Assembly: GCF_006345805.1 (NCBI RefSeq)
Contig: NC_042998.1
Span: 18,662,001-18,726,000, forward strand
Direction of reading: 5' to 3'
Length of the DNA stretch: 64,000 nucleotides
Source of the DNA: Octopus sinensis
Taxonomy: Eukaryota
Positions 24,850 to 37,270 of the stretch are shown here, piece after piece; within the stretch, counting starts at the first letter, position 1, and each line of letters starts with the position of its first letter. The translations under genes and the position numbers were made by a program. The notes below the pieces were generated by a model. The model was not told the origin of the DNA. It searched no databases and saw only the letters and a program-made list of their open reading frames with translations.

Positions 24850-25047
24850 AGTGCCTGAGTTTGTCCCCCAACATCGCTTGACAACCGATGCTGGTGTGCT
24901 TACGTCCCCGTAAGCTAGCGGTTTGGCAAAAGAGACCGATAGAATAAGTACTAGGCTTACAAAGAATAAGTCCTGGGATCGATTTGCTCGACTAAAGGCG
25001 GTGCTCCAGCATGGCCACAGTCAAATGACTGAAACAATTAAAAGAGT
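24601..25047 (+). mobile_element. SINE type C
   Basis: Matches the 14130 family. Confidence 0.9.
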
Positions 25048-25809
25048 ATATGTATATACGTACACACACACACACAGCAATGCAATGGAATACGACTTCA
25101 TTACTCTGGATCCGTTATGAAAGCATTTCTGAGCTGGTGGAAAACTATCGCGCAGATATGAGAGCGAATATATTTGGGATAGTTCAAAATAATTGTATGC
25201 AGGCAGATGAAATGCTTTGGACTTTGACTTTGAGCTTGATTACTTCGTCTGTCTCTAGATATGAGTAAAGCATATAACTCAGTATGTTTACCTGTTTAAT
25301 ATGTGAGTAAGACAATTGACGTTCGCCTGCTGATGTGATTCGTTGAAAAACGTGCATGTGATTATATGAAAGCAAGGGAGAAGTGTGATATTGCAGCTTA
25401 ACGTATGATTATGTAAATAAAAGCTAGTTATATGTTACATATATATATATGAGAGTCGGTCCTTAGCTTGTTTAATTAGCGGTCTTACAGCTATGTTTGT
25501 GTATCATGTCTATGCATGAAAAACAACTGAACGGATAAGAGAGGAGAGTGGACGACAGAACGAAGTTATGTAAGTTTGTATGGATTCACAAGTATCTTCT
25601 TTAAGTCATCGCATGCAAAAAAATAATAATAATCATAATTATCACTACAATTATTATTGAATTATGATTAGCATTTTTATCATTATTGCCATTACGTTAC
25701 AGTCAAATCCTTGAAGACAAAGATTTAGAAATTGCCCTGCGTGTAATTTATCTGCCAACTTATAAATGCATTGACACGAGTTTCATAAGGAGATAAGGCT
25801 CATGAGAAA

Positions 25810-26204
25810 TCTCTATTAATATAAAGCTGAAGTTTTCTGTGTATGGCAGGTTTGGTAGCCTTCAACTAACACTATCTCCTCCGAGACACTGCGGCGCGAG
25901 TTGACCAAAATTGAGAGTATGATAGAAGAAGACTTGCTCTTCATTCCGTAGAAGACAAAATTCAAATCGGACCACGTTAACATCAAAAATTATTTACATC
26001 AAAAAGGTGCTTTTTTTTCTATGAAAATCTCTTTTTTATTTACGATTTTTTGACTGCTGTGTCGCCATTTTTCGGTGTATTTCAACCAGAAAAATGTTCA
26101 CTTAAAGAGAATAACAAGCTACATAATACAAAATTTTTAGTTTTCAAAAATTCCAAATCTGAAGGGTCGAAACAAACCCGAGCAACGCCGGGCAATACTG
26201 CTAG
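25810..26204 (+). mobile_element. Non-autonomous Helitron
   Basis: A|TC at the 5' end; subterminal hairpin cccgagcaacgccggg (26177-26192); CTAG|T at the 3' end; no TSD. Confidence 0.75.
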
Positions 26205-26610
26205 TACTATATATACACAATATATACATTCAGGAACACATATATACGTAATTATGAACTAAAAAGAAAACCTCAAAATATTATATTTTATGCTGGAATG
26301 TTTTCGATCAGGAAGAAGACGTTACAAGTGATATTGAAACTACATCCTTCACTATGTATAGGAATAAAAAAATAGATGATAAATAAATAATCAATTTGGG
26401 TAAAGGCTTTCACGAAAATCTTATAAGCAATAAACAAGCTGTAGTGTTTTCTAGTGAAGTGTAGAAAACTCAGCCGCAATTGGGGGTGCGATAACGCCCT
26501 AAAGTTAACAGGCAATTGTAAGAAAAATATTTAAAAAGAAAAATGATATATGCAAAACCACGAAGCAAATATAGATTCCCTGCAAGAATGTAGAAGTAAC
26601 TTCAGATGCG

Positions 26611-26657
<47 letters not shown>

Positions 26658-26817
26658 GCGAATTGGCAAAGTCTTTAGAATGTCGGTTATAATACTACAA
26701 TACTTCGCATGAATTGTTCAGACACTGCATACAAAGGGGAAATCCTTGCCTCCCTTCCTTTAGGACTGATAAATGAAGTTCTAGTTTCGCACTTGGGTCA
26801 CTTTCTCTTTGATCTCT

Positions 26818-26850
<33 letters not shown>

Positions 26851-26998
26851 GGCTTACTTCCGCATTGTCTATGGAAGAAATAGCCTCGAACAGATACGTA
26901 GGGGATGAGTTTAGGCTTAAAATGTAGACGACATGCTGTATTTCACGAGGTGCCCCTGTAACTGTGAAGATTTGATGGCCTAAAGATATATAATATAT

Positions 26999-27054
<56 letters not shown>

Positions 27055-28264
27055 GCATATATATAATATATATATATACAAATACAAACACACGCACATA
27101 GGTGTGTGGGTGTTTTATGCGTGTACGTGTTTGTGCATGTGTGTGTATAGTTGCCTGTATAGGCAATGGATGTATAAAATCAAAGAAATACCACACACAC
27201 ACACACATTAGTATTCTAACAATGGCAACACGCGGTATAAATAAACATTCAATGAAGCGAGAAGAGATTTGTTGTTTGCTTTAAAAAAATTTTTTTTTTG
27301 TTTTTTTTTTTTCAAAGCAATCACGCTCCACTGCCGATTATCGATTATTATTTCAGGTTTACTATTGGCACTATCATTACTACCAGTCTAAAGATCAATA
27401 AGAATGCCGACCACTATCATCACAGCAAATTTTCCTGTTAATCTCTGCTTCTATTCCCTATCCTACCTCACTGTAACGCAGCAAGCTCTATTATCAAGGC
27501 GAGGCATCATAAACGCTACGACGTTGTCGCTCGAATTGCAAGAAATGGCAACCGAACCTCGCCTAAATTACACACTTCCGTATTAGAAAAGGGGATGTTA
27601 GCTAAAGCTGTCCTAGATTCACTCACATAGGTAAAAATGTGATGTTTATGAATGAATGAATGAAAAGCTTTTGATCCTATCGCTTTTCTGTCAGAGATGA
27701 CCTAGTTTTAAACTATGAAATGATCACGTGCCAGCATGCAGGTCGTTATGTGATTGCTCGATTTGTTAGATATTGTAAACCAAATAAGACCCAAATCAAC
27801 CATTATTGTTTTCAAATAAATAAATACATAAATAAATAGAAAAAATAAATAGGCAAATAAAAGAGGGTCACGTGAAATAGTTTACTCCGAGGCAACCTTT
27901 AAAAAAAACAGGTTTGGCCATGCTTGAAATACATTTGGTCATAGGTCTTATGACTCAAGTGTCAGCTGCAGTTAAACAGAAGCAGTAGCAGCACGATCAA
28001 CAACAACAACGGCATTAACGATATAAACCATTATGCAGCAGTGAAGACGGGGGAGCTCCTTGTTTGGTCGCTCAAATTTTCACTCAAATCACATGCTACG
28101 TTCTTGGAAGGCGAAGAGCACCATGTGAAAAGAGAAGAGAGAGATGACTGTGTAGTGTAGTAACAGTGGTAATATATTTAATCAAACATCTGTTCAATTT
28201 TGATGAAGTTCCATTAAACAACGCCATCTCTTGTTACCAGAGCAAGCCAGAAAGCAGTCACATG

Positions 28265-28684
28265 AAGGCGGCGAGCTGGCAGAAACGTTAGCACGCCGGG
28301 CGAAATGCCTAGCGGTATTTCGTCTGACGCTACGTTCTGAGTTCAAATTCCGCCGAGGTCGACTTTGCCTTTCATTCTTTCGGGGTCTATTAAATAAGTA
28401 CCAGTTACGCACTGGGGTCGATATAATCGACTTAATCCGTTTGTCTGTTCTTGTTTGTCTTCTCTGTGTTTAGCCCCATGTGGGTAGTAAAGAAATAGGT
28501 ATTACGTCTGCCGTTACGTTCTGAGTTCAAATTCCGCCGAGGTCGACTTTGCCTTTCATCCTTTCGAGGTCGATAAATTAAATACCAGTTACGCACTGAG
28601 GTAGATATAATCGACTTCATCCGTTTGTCTGTCCTTTTTTTGTCCCCTCTGTGTTTAGCCCCTTGTGGGCAGTAAAGAAATAAG
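28265..28684 (+). mobile_element. SINE type M, dimeric form
   Basis: Full unit plus a head-less second unit. Confidence 0.9.
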
Positions 28685-29774
28685 AAAGTAGTCACATCAC
28701 CTTCTTACAAAGCGCATTCAAATTTCTCTCAAACGACACCTTTGAGCACATTACATCATGTAGTCAGGTATAAATGATATTTTGTACAAAAATGTGAATA
28801 TTAGTGAAGTTGAATTGTACATATTTTGATCCTACGTGTGGTCGATCAGGGTCAGTTCAGAGGCTGAGAAAAAAATCATAGGAAGAAAGAAATATGTCAA
28901 ACTAAATATAGTTACAGCAAAATCATTAAAACTGAAACTAAATTAACTTAATCCGTTTCCTGGATTAACATCACTGCTTAGCACCCTCGATGCCTGTTTT
29001 TCAGATTCCATTCGCCGCGAAGCATTGAAAACGTGTTTCCGGTTTCATGATAACTTCCTCCCATTCTGCTCCGCCTCGGAGACCCGCTAAAAATAACTGT
29101 CAAATTGTCATCAATTCATCACCCGCCTACATATTAATGTACACGCTACATGAATGAAACAAAAACAAAAAAAAATGAGGTCACATTCTGTAATGTATTC
29201 TGCTCTTTACATAGTTCATACCATGGAATAAAGGATCGAAGTCCTTTGATCACTGAGCTGCATGTTCGATCGCTGTTGAATGATAGCTTAAAAAGAAGCT
29301 GAGAACAACAACGAGAGCAACAACAACACAAACAATGCAAACATCAACATCGTGGTTACATAACAGTTCTTAGATTTCTTCCGATCTCTAAGAAAATTAC
29401 ACAGTGTATGAGTCATATATATGTATGTATGTGCGTGTGTATATGTGTATCAGTGTGTCTGGTTATGCGAATGTGTATGCATGATTCTTCGCACTTAGGC
29501 GTAAACAATTGCGCAGAGAAATATAATCGAATTGTTTTCAGTGTCAATAACAAATAGATAGGGTATTGAGTGAGCCTATTGATTCTATCTCTGTCCCTCT
29601 CTCTCTCTCTTTCTGTGTGTGTATGTGTACCTCTAAATATACAAATGCTAGTCTACATATACATTCATTTATATGCTTACATATAGATATGAATAGATAG
29701 ATGTATTATATTTCTCTGCACATTTGTTTACGCCTAAGTGCCAAGAATCATACACACACATACGCATAACCTAA

Positions 29775-29842
<68 letters not shown>

Positions 29843-30234
29843 GAAAACAAAAAATGGAACAAGAATGTAACAGGCGACAGCAAAACATCTGGACAGTAAG
29901 ACGATACAAAAAAAGGACAGGAAAAACAAGAACTGGTCATTCAGAGTTTTCTATCTTCAGTCGAGTTCCTCATACTGTCTCATCTTCGTTTAAAACCTGA
30001 GTCTAGTCTGTTTTCGAAATCAGTCGAACTGTACTTCAAACCCTGTTGCCTCACACATAAAAATACAACAACAACATAACAACACTTAGGAGAAACGAAA
30101 TGCTTGATGGAAAACCTTTTGTTTCTGACTCATCGATTTTATTCTGAGTCTACTCATTTCATTAGTTTGGTAGTGACTATAACATAACAAATTTTTTTAC
30201 ACTGACATTTAATTTTGTGCAATATCTATATATA

Positions 30235-30576
30235 GGCGCAGGAGTGGCTGTGTGGTAAGTAGCTTGCTTACCAACTACATGGTTCCGGGTTCAGTCCCAC
30301 TGCGTGGCACCTTGGGCAAGTGTCTTCTGCTATAGCCCCGGGCCGACCAATGCCTTGTGAGTGGATTTGGTAGACGGAAACTGAAAGAAGCCCGTCGTAT
30401 ATATGTGTATATATAGGTATGTGTGTGTGTGTATGTTTGTGTGTCTGTATTTGTCCCATCCAACATCGCTTGACAACCGATGTTGGTGTGTTTATGTCCG
30501 AGTTGCTCGATTAAAGGCGGTGCTCCAGCATGGTCGCAGTCAAATGACTGAAACAAGTAAAAGAGTAAAAGAGTAA
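30235..30576 (+). mobile_element. SINE type C with an internal 3' deletion
   Basis: gtgtttatgtcc joins directly to gagttgctcga. Confidence 0.9.
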
Positions 30577-30677
30577 CTAAGAGAGAGGTTATGTGTAGTA
30601 TTGAGTATGAGTAAACAATTAACTGATAGAGTATGCGTAAACTCCATGACCATTGAACTTCCATTCATCTTCACAAG

Positions 30678-30734
30678 ACCTTGGAAGCTGGTGTTATCGC
30701 AGTAAAGATTCGGAAATGGTAATGATGTATAGCC
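30678..30734 (+). CDS. Candidate 57-nt exon
   Basis: ccattcatcttcacaag acceptor, GTAAGT donor, open phase-1 frame LGSWCYRSKDSEMVMMYS. Confidence 0.15.
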
Positions 30735-30868
30735 GTAAGTCCGCCTTGATTAAACAGACCAAAGATAGTTCACTAATGGTCATAACTTCTTTTTTAATAT
30801 TTAGACAACATTATCCGATGCCACTTTAGTGTACGGTCTTTCTGGCCGTTTACCCTTTAGCATGCATT

Positions 30869-30977
30869 CTAACCCTAACTTTAAACCCCCAACCCTAATC
30901 TTTAACCCCAACCCCAAACCCTAACCCTAAATCTTAACCCTTACTATAAGAGTTAGGTTTTAGGATTCGGGTTAGGC
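30869..30977. repeat. Degenerate telomere-like (CCCTAA) run followed by a TTAGG(G)-like run
   Basis: aaccctaac...ccctaaccctaa...gttaggttttaggattcgggttagg. Confidence 0.6.
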
Positions 30978-31077
30978 TTTTGGATAATAAAACTAACCAT
31001 ACTCCTAATCCAGATCAGGTCATTTCACCGTGTAGGCTACCGTCACTGCGTAAAAATTACATGGTAGTATTAGGATT

Positions 31078-31506
31078 CATAAAAGAATGCCGACACATTG
31101 ATCGGGTTCCCACAGCCGGTTTTCGTCATCGCCCGAATCTCCGGCCCCTCCCCTCGGTGCTTCTACAACGGCGCTTAAGGTGATTCAGTCATGCTGCCTG
31201 GCGTCCAGAGGGTGAGCTGATTCGCGATGTCCTCCTACCACTTCCACTTCCCAGCTGGGCAAACGCACGGGCGGACAGCCGAAGACTTGGGCAACGACAA
31301 TAAAGGAGGATGTCTTCGAACTCTCAGGTTCGCAGGTGGTCGGTCTGCGCGGATGGAACCTCGAATGGCTCGCTATCTCCAGTGATCTCGCCCGGGACCG
31401 TCGAGCGTGGGCCGCCATGGTACGCGATGCCGTTAGGACCAGAGAAGAAGCCGGCTCAACCCGTCCTGAGTGAACGCCGTCACAAGTACAAGTACAATTA
31501 CAAGTA
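31078..31506 (+). mobile_element. Second RTE-type LINE 3' end with a (CAAGTA)n tail
   Basis: LPSVLLQRRLR*FSHAAWRPEGELIRDVLLP / GGQPKTWATTIKED...DLARDRRAWAAMVRDAV...AGSTRPE*; one stop and one frameshift; tail cacaagtacaagtacaattacaagta. Confidence 0.85.
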
Positions 31507-32123
31507 AAAATTACACCAACTATCCCCTATATTTTATCCCTTGTTGTATTCGAGGCGGTAGTGTGTGCGATTTAAGAATGAAGGATTTGTTATTTCCAGC
31601 ATGTCGATGGATCGCTTAAAATCTCCTTAATATTCTCTGGCAAAGAAAGAATGAGTAGTGGGAAACAGAAGGCGCAGAGTACTGCAGGAATAATGAGTGA
31701 AGATGCTGTTGATACACAGCGTATTGGTTGAAATAGTTTCAGTAGTTGTGGAAATGTGAGAGAAAGCAAAGAAATATGTCTGTGACCCAATTGTTTGCTC
31801 TTATTGGTAAGTCAGACAGTAAAATGGTCTTCATTTGGAGATGGTCTCTGATGTTTGTTTATTTAGCTACAGTAGTAGCAGCACCGGCAATTTCAGCAGC
31901 CAGCAAGTTCTATGAGTAAAACATTTGCCATTAGATAGAAAATGTGTTTTAACAGCCTAATTCTACACATTTACCCACATACGACGATGACTAAATCAAA
32001 CGGTGGTATTTATTAGACAAGTAGCAGAAATGAATGAGTCCGAGTACAGTCAACAGAACTGCAATGTAACGATAGTTTATATAATTAACAACGAAATAGG
32101 CAAGTGCATCAGTATGTCTGTAA

Positions 32124-32355
32124 TATATAAATATACACCTCGTATATTTATATATACTTATGTATAAATATACATATGTATGCGTACATGTACATACTCA
32201 TATATAAATACATATATAAATATACACCTTGTATATTTATATATACTTATGTATAAATATACCCCTTGTATATTTATATATACTTATGTATAAATATAAA
32301 TATGTATACATACATGTACATACTCATATATAAATACATATATAAATATATACAC
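32124..32355. repeat. AT-rich minisatellite (~33-bp unit aaatatacaccttgtatatttatatatacttatgtat)
   Basis: Three copies of the unit plus two copies of a linker. Confidence 0.8.
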
Positions 32356-32547
32356 GGACACATGTACGCGCGGACACGTTTCGCTCATCTATAGCAAATT
32401 GCATAGTATATTTGTATATGAATACGTAATTTCAAAGTATATAGACTAAAAACGTATATCTGTACACTTATGAGTATAATCCTGCACAGCAAAGTTCATA
32501 GACACGAGTGCATATTATAACATAATGTGCATATATATATATATATA

Positions 32548-32784
32548 CTTTATTTAAAGCAGCAGAAAATTCAACAAAATCTGTTACTCTGAGTTTCCCG
32601 TTGCCATTCATCGGACAGTTTTTGCTAGAATTCTAGCAAAAACTGTCCGATGAACGGCAACGGGAAACTCAGAGTAACAGGTTTTGTTGAATTTTCTGCT
32701 GCTTTAAATAAAGCATATTACTCTACCACTGGTATTTGAGTACTCTTTTTTCCACCTTGTTTCACATTTATGTGTTTACTCCGG

Positions 32785-32785
<1 letters not shown>
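32548..32785. mobile_element. Penelope-like repeat with an inverted partial duplication, forming a 166-bp spacer-less palindrome
   Basis: 32548-32630 versus 32631-32713: 2 mismatches in 83 bp; AATAAA at 32707-32712 lies downstream of the hammerhead-like motif. Confidence 0.75.
32643..32680 (+). ncRNA. Minimal type-I hammerhead-like motif (U4C core); mirror copy at 32581-32618 on the minus strand
   Basis: CUGU CCGAUGA ACG-GCAA-CGG GAAA CUC A GAG UA ACAG. Confidence 0.55.
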
Positions 32786-32818
<33 letters not shown>

Positions 32819-33685
32819 CTTCATCTATAAGCATCATTAATGCATCCTGTAACAAATTATTTAGTATGGTAAGTCGTGTTTACGATGTTGGCAGAAGTCT
32901 TTCATGTCTGTGATGTAATGATCTATTGAGTATATAGGTGTGCATGTGTAAGAGTACGTATGAGTGTACGTGTGTCTGTGATTGTGTGTGACATGCTAAG
33001 CGTCGGTTACGTAATGTTCTTTGATATTTACAGTTTACTTTCACATTCGCCAGCAATTAGAGAGAGTAAAATTAGGACACATTGATGCAAACACTCACAG
33101 ACATGCGCACTCGTACAGTCTCATGCATCCGTATATTAATGCATGTATGGATGGATGGATATGAGAGTAAGTACATGCATAGATACACACAAACATACAT
33201 AGATGCATACGTATATATATATATATATATATATATATACGTACAAACACACACAGACAGACACGAGTGTCTGTGTGTGTAAGTGTGTGCTTATGTATTT
33301 ATCAATGTGTATGTGTATGCAAGACTGATGTACGTCTATATAGGTATTCGTGCACTGACAGATGGAAACCTAAATGTATACATGATGACTATATTTATGC
33401 AATATGCGTCTGGGTGTCTGTGTGTGCGTATGTGTGTGTGTGTGTGGTTGTATGTGTATTTGTGTGTGTATGTAAAGAAGGGGAGAGGCAGAAATAGACA
33501 GATAGACAGATAGATAAATGTACAAACTCATACACACACACACAAATATGTATGTACATTAGATGAGGTTGTATGGCGAAATAGTTTAAAGTTCACTGCA
33601 CAGACACATTCGCCTTCCACTATGTGACAAAACCGTCGAATATCATTTAGTGTAGAGTCAAGTTGATCTTGTACTTTGTCAATAG

Positions 33686-33900
33686 AACGGGGTAGAGATA
33701 TATCGGTAGAGAAGCCCTTCGCATGGTTTGGATTAGTAATTCAAAGGTACAGCTTGTCTCACACAGTGTTACACAAATGCAGTCAGAGAATTATAGTAAG
33801 AGACAGGTCCCTGTGGAATGTTAATTCAATGTGGAAGATCGATTACGTGGAGCCCCATTTTCGAAAGCGACAAAGAGATATCTGCATAGCTACCTTCCAA
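33686..33900 (+). CDS. Candidate 215-nt exon, unidentified
   Basis: Acceptor cttgtactttgtcaatag, perfect GTAAGT donor, frame open throughout (RGRDISVEKPFAWFGLVIQRY...WKIDYVEPHFRKRQRDICIATFQ). Confidence 0.3.
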
Positions 33901-33909
33901 GTAAGTTTT

Positions 33910-33954
<45 letters not shown>

Positions 33955-34207
33955 AATATTTACATTTGACGGATATTTGTCCTCATCTTGTTTGTTCTAA
34001 ACACAACGTTTCGGCTGATACACCCTCCAGGCTTCAACAGGTGTCTTGGGGAAATTTCGAACCTGGGTTCTCATTCCTAAGGTATTTTTCGATGTTGTTG
34101 TTGTTCTTCTTCTTCTTCTTATTATTATTATGCAGGTCACTGCCTGGAATCGAAGTCGGAATCTTGGGGTTAGTAGTCCACGTTCTTAACCACTACGCCA
34201 TATGCCC
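33955..34207 (-). mobile_element. tRNA-derived SINE with a Penelope-like 3' part
   Basis: Head ggcatatggcgtagtggttaag...cttcgattccagg (A/B boxes), internal trinucleotide run, hammerhead-like motif near the 3' end. Confidence 0.75.
34001..34044 (-). ncRNA. Minimal type-I hammerhead-like motif (A6U plus extra A) inside a SINE
   Basis: ACAC CUGUUGA A GCCUG-GAGGGUGUAU-CAGCC GAAA C G UU GUGU; palindromic AACGUU helix III. Confidence 0.5.
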
Positions 34208-34789
34208 ATTTAAATTTGCGCTTGTGAAGTGGGACTATTCTAAATCTACAGGTATTTTTTTTTAAACCTATGTCGATCCTCACATAGAGTTATTAAGTTA
34301 CGGTAGTTATTTAACTAATGTATTTTTACAACAGAAACGATGTCTAACACATAGTTTTGTCTATCAACAGTGGTACGCCACGAACTACATCAGTTCTAAA
34401 CTTAGAGAATTTAAGTTTGAAACTTATGTTGAATGAAAAAGCAAAAAGAAAAAAATAATAAATCGTGAAATCTTTTGCTACAGCCTTTGATGCTTATCTT
34501 GCAAATACCGAGAATGCTCATGTGAGTGACGAAATAGGTAAAAAGCAAAAATAGATAAATAAATAAAATAAAATGTAAGCCAGCTTAATGAATGACACAT
34601 AATAGACCTGACCTGAGTGTGTTGTTAAGTACGGAGCAAAGTGAATTTGTGTAAACTAAAAAGTGAGAAGTATTTACGATTTCATTGCAGAATATGCATG
34701 GTTCTTTATTTGGCTGGTTCTATGCAAAATTTATCTTTGTGAGATCCTTGGATATACCTTGTGTAATATGTTTGTGATATATATATAGA

Positions 34790-34920
34790 TATTGGAAGGT
34801 TTGGAGTTGATGTACAGGTATTTTATATTAGAAGAAATGAGGTACTCAGAAAATCGGATGGTTTATATTTTACAGATATTTATTTGTATATTACATTTTT
34901 TATACATCATATAACTTAGA
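34790..34920 (+). repeat. Unclassified interspersed repeat; inverted copy at 38230-38362
   Basis: gaaggtttggag.tgatgtacaggtat...agaagaaatgaggtactcaga...cggatggttt is present in both orientations. Confidence 0.7.
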
Positions 34921-35139
34921 TCATGTATTAGCGCTTTCTCCCATTCTAGTGGGGTTTTCAAATCAAATTAAGTTCCTGTATGAAAAGTTTTGACCATTTT
35001 ATAGTGGTATTGAGATTGTAATGGTCAAGCGATATATATATATATATATATTCTATCATTTCTCTTTTCAAAGAACATACTATTCCCAGCGTTCACTATT
35101 TTCTTCTCGATCCTCAAAGTTTGTTTCGGTTCGGTTTCC

Positions 35140-35420
35140 CTGTCTGTATGTCTCCACTGTCCTGCTTTTGTTCCCAAATTTTGACCCTCCATAAATCCTG
35201 ATATCTTATTTTAGAATTCAGTGGAGCAATTGTCTTTGAAGATTCATATTGTCGTTGAATGCTTGAAATGTGGAGTAGATAGACAGCTGACAACTTATGA
35301 AGTGTCCTTTCTCTTTGTTTACTTGTCCTGTTTTCCTTTTTTCCGTTGTTTACTTATTTAACTCATTTACGTATTTCATGTTGTTTGCACAGTTCGTGAC
35401 GTCCTGTACCCATATATGCA
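35140..35420 (+). repeat. Unclassified (Penelope-like?) repeat; related copy at 58320-58680
   Basis: Shared cactgtcctg...ttttgaccctcca.aaatcc...gagcaa.tgt...aatgct.gaaa...tgacgtcct. Confidence 0.6.
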
Positions 35421-35485
35421 TATATATTATCTGTTATTAATATTATTACTATTTTTATTATGTTATATCTATGTATATATAACTA

Positions 35486-35872
35486 GGCGCAGGAGTGGCT
35501 GTGTGGTAAGAAGTTTGCTTACCAACCACATGGTACCGGGTTCAGTCTCACTGCGTGGCACCTTCGGCAAGTGTCTTCTACTATAGCCTCGGACCGACCA
35601 ATGCCTTGTGAGTGGATTTGGTAGGTGGAAATTGAAAGAAGCCCGCCGTATATATATGTATGTATGTGTGTGTGTGTATATGTTTGTGTGTCTTTGTCCC
35701 CCTAACATCGCTTGACAACCAATGCTGGTGTGTTTACGTCCCCGTAACTTAGCGGTTCCGCGAAAGAGACATATAGAATAAGTACTAGGCTTGCAAAGAA
35801 TAAGTCCTGGGTTCGATTTGCTCGACTAAAGGCGGTGCTCCAGCATGGCCAAAGTCAAATGACTGAAACAAG
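35486..35872 (+). mobile_element. SINE type C
   Basis: Matches the 14130 family. Confidence 0.9.
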
Positions 35873-36817
35873 TTTTAAAAAAAAGACTTATACACACACA
35901 CACACATACACACATATATACATATGTCTGCGTGTATGTGTAACACCTCATATGTATATTCCTGTGAGTATATTCTTGGAATATGTCCTCCAGCAATCAA
36001 TTCAAACAATCCATGTTTTGGAAAGCAACTGTAATATTGCATGTATATCCGTGTTAGCATTTGTGTTTATGTTTGTGTACGTATGCATGTGTGTGTGTGT
36101 GCGCGCGCGCGTGCTTATCTTTGTGTTAGTGTGAAGGCATGCGTTAAATAGTCAAGAAAACTTGGTGAGTATATGGTTTTGTAATCTATAAGGGCGGAAT
36201 GACATGAATGCTTTGTATTCTCGACAAATTTTGCGTCTTCTGAAGCAGAACATAACTCATTACCTGCCTCTCTCTCTTTCTCTCTGTCTATCTATCTATC
36301 TATCTATGTATATATGTATCTATCTATCTATCTATCTATCTATTTCACTAGTTTCCTGTGTGTATATTTTTCTGTTATTATATAAATCCAACCTCATTTC
36401 CTTCGACAGTATTTTTGCAATTTTTACAAGTTCCTTACAAACTTTCCTAATTTTAGCAAATGTTATAGTTTTAGTCGATCTCTGGAGAATCAGAAATTAG
36501 CAGTCGAAATCACTCAACTATATTTAAGAAAAATATGGGGTGGCATTGAATAAAAAAAACTTTAAACCATAGTCGTTATCAATCAGGCAAAACCTGACGC
36601 TTCGCAACAAAAACCTGATAGTTTTAACTGTCAAATCTTTCACATCCTACAACCTACCACCATAATTATAGCATATTGAAAAATGGGCAAAATCTCCAAT
36701 AAATCGGGATGACCACGAGTTACAGAGCAACTTCAAAGTTTCAGCGATACGGTTTGTCAAGCCAGGATTCCACCGAATTTTAATAGATACAATCGACTCG
36801 TCTATTTGACTAATACT

Positions 36818-37242
36818 TATTTCTTTACTACCCACAAGTGGCTAGACACAGAGGGGACAAACAAGGACAGACAAACGGATTAAGTTGATTACATCGACCC
36901 CAGTGAGTAACTGGTACTTAATTTATCGACCCCGAAAGGATGAAAGGCAAAGTCGACCTCGGCGGAATTTGAACTCAGAACGTATCGGCAGACGAAATAC
37001 CTATTTCTTTACTACCCACAAGGGGCTAAACACAGAGGGGACGAACAAGGACAGACAAACGGATTAAGTCGATTATATCGACCCCAGTGAGTAATTGGTA
37101 CTTAATTTATCGACCCCGAAAGGATGAAAAGCAAAGTCGACCTCGGCGGAATTTGAACTCAGAACGTAGCGGCAGACGAAATACCGCTAAGCATTTCGCC
37201 CGGCGTGCTAACGTTTCTGCCAGCTTGCCGCCTTTTTGACTA
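36818..37242 (-). mobile_element. SINE type M, dimeric form inside a single TSD pair
   Basis: 18-bp TSD gtctatttgactaatact at 36800-36817 and 37243-37260. Confidence 0.92.
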
Positions 37243-37270
37243 GTCTATTTGACTAATACTAATTACCCCC

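Noticed and set aside
27480-27630. Pyrimidine tract plus an open frame (SSIIKARHHKRYDVVAR...)
   Set aside because: It runs into a diverged interspersed repeat also seen near 18200 and 28070.
32124-32355. Repeat-spacer-like pattern resembling a CRISPR array
   Set aside because: Eukaryotic context, AT-rich units, non-unique spacers and no cas genes; it is a minisatellite.
32371-32395. Minus-strand UAGAUGA GC GAAAC GUG, plus GAAACGUU near 19637 and 53847
   Set aside because: Core mismatches, no valid NUH site, or no helix I/II.
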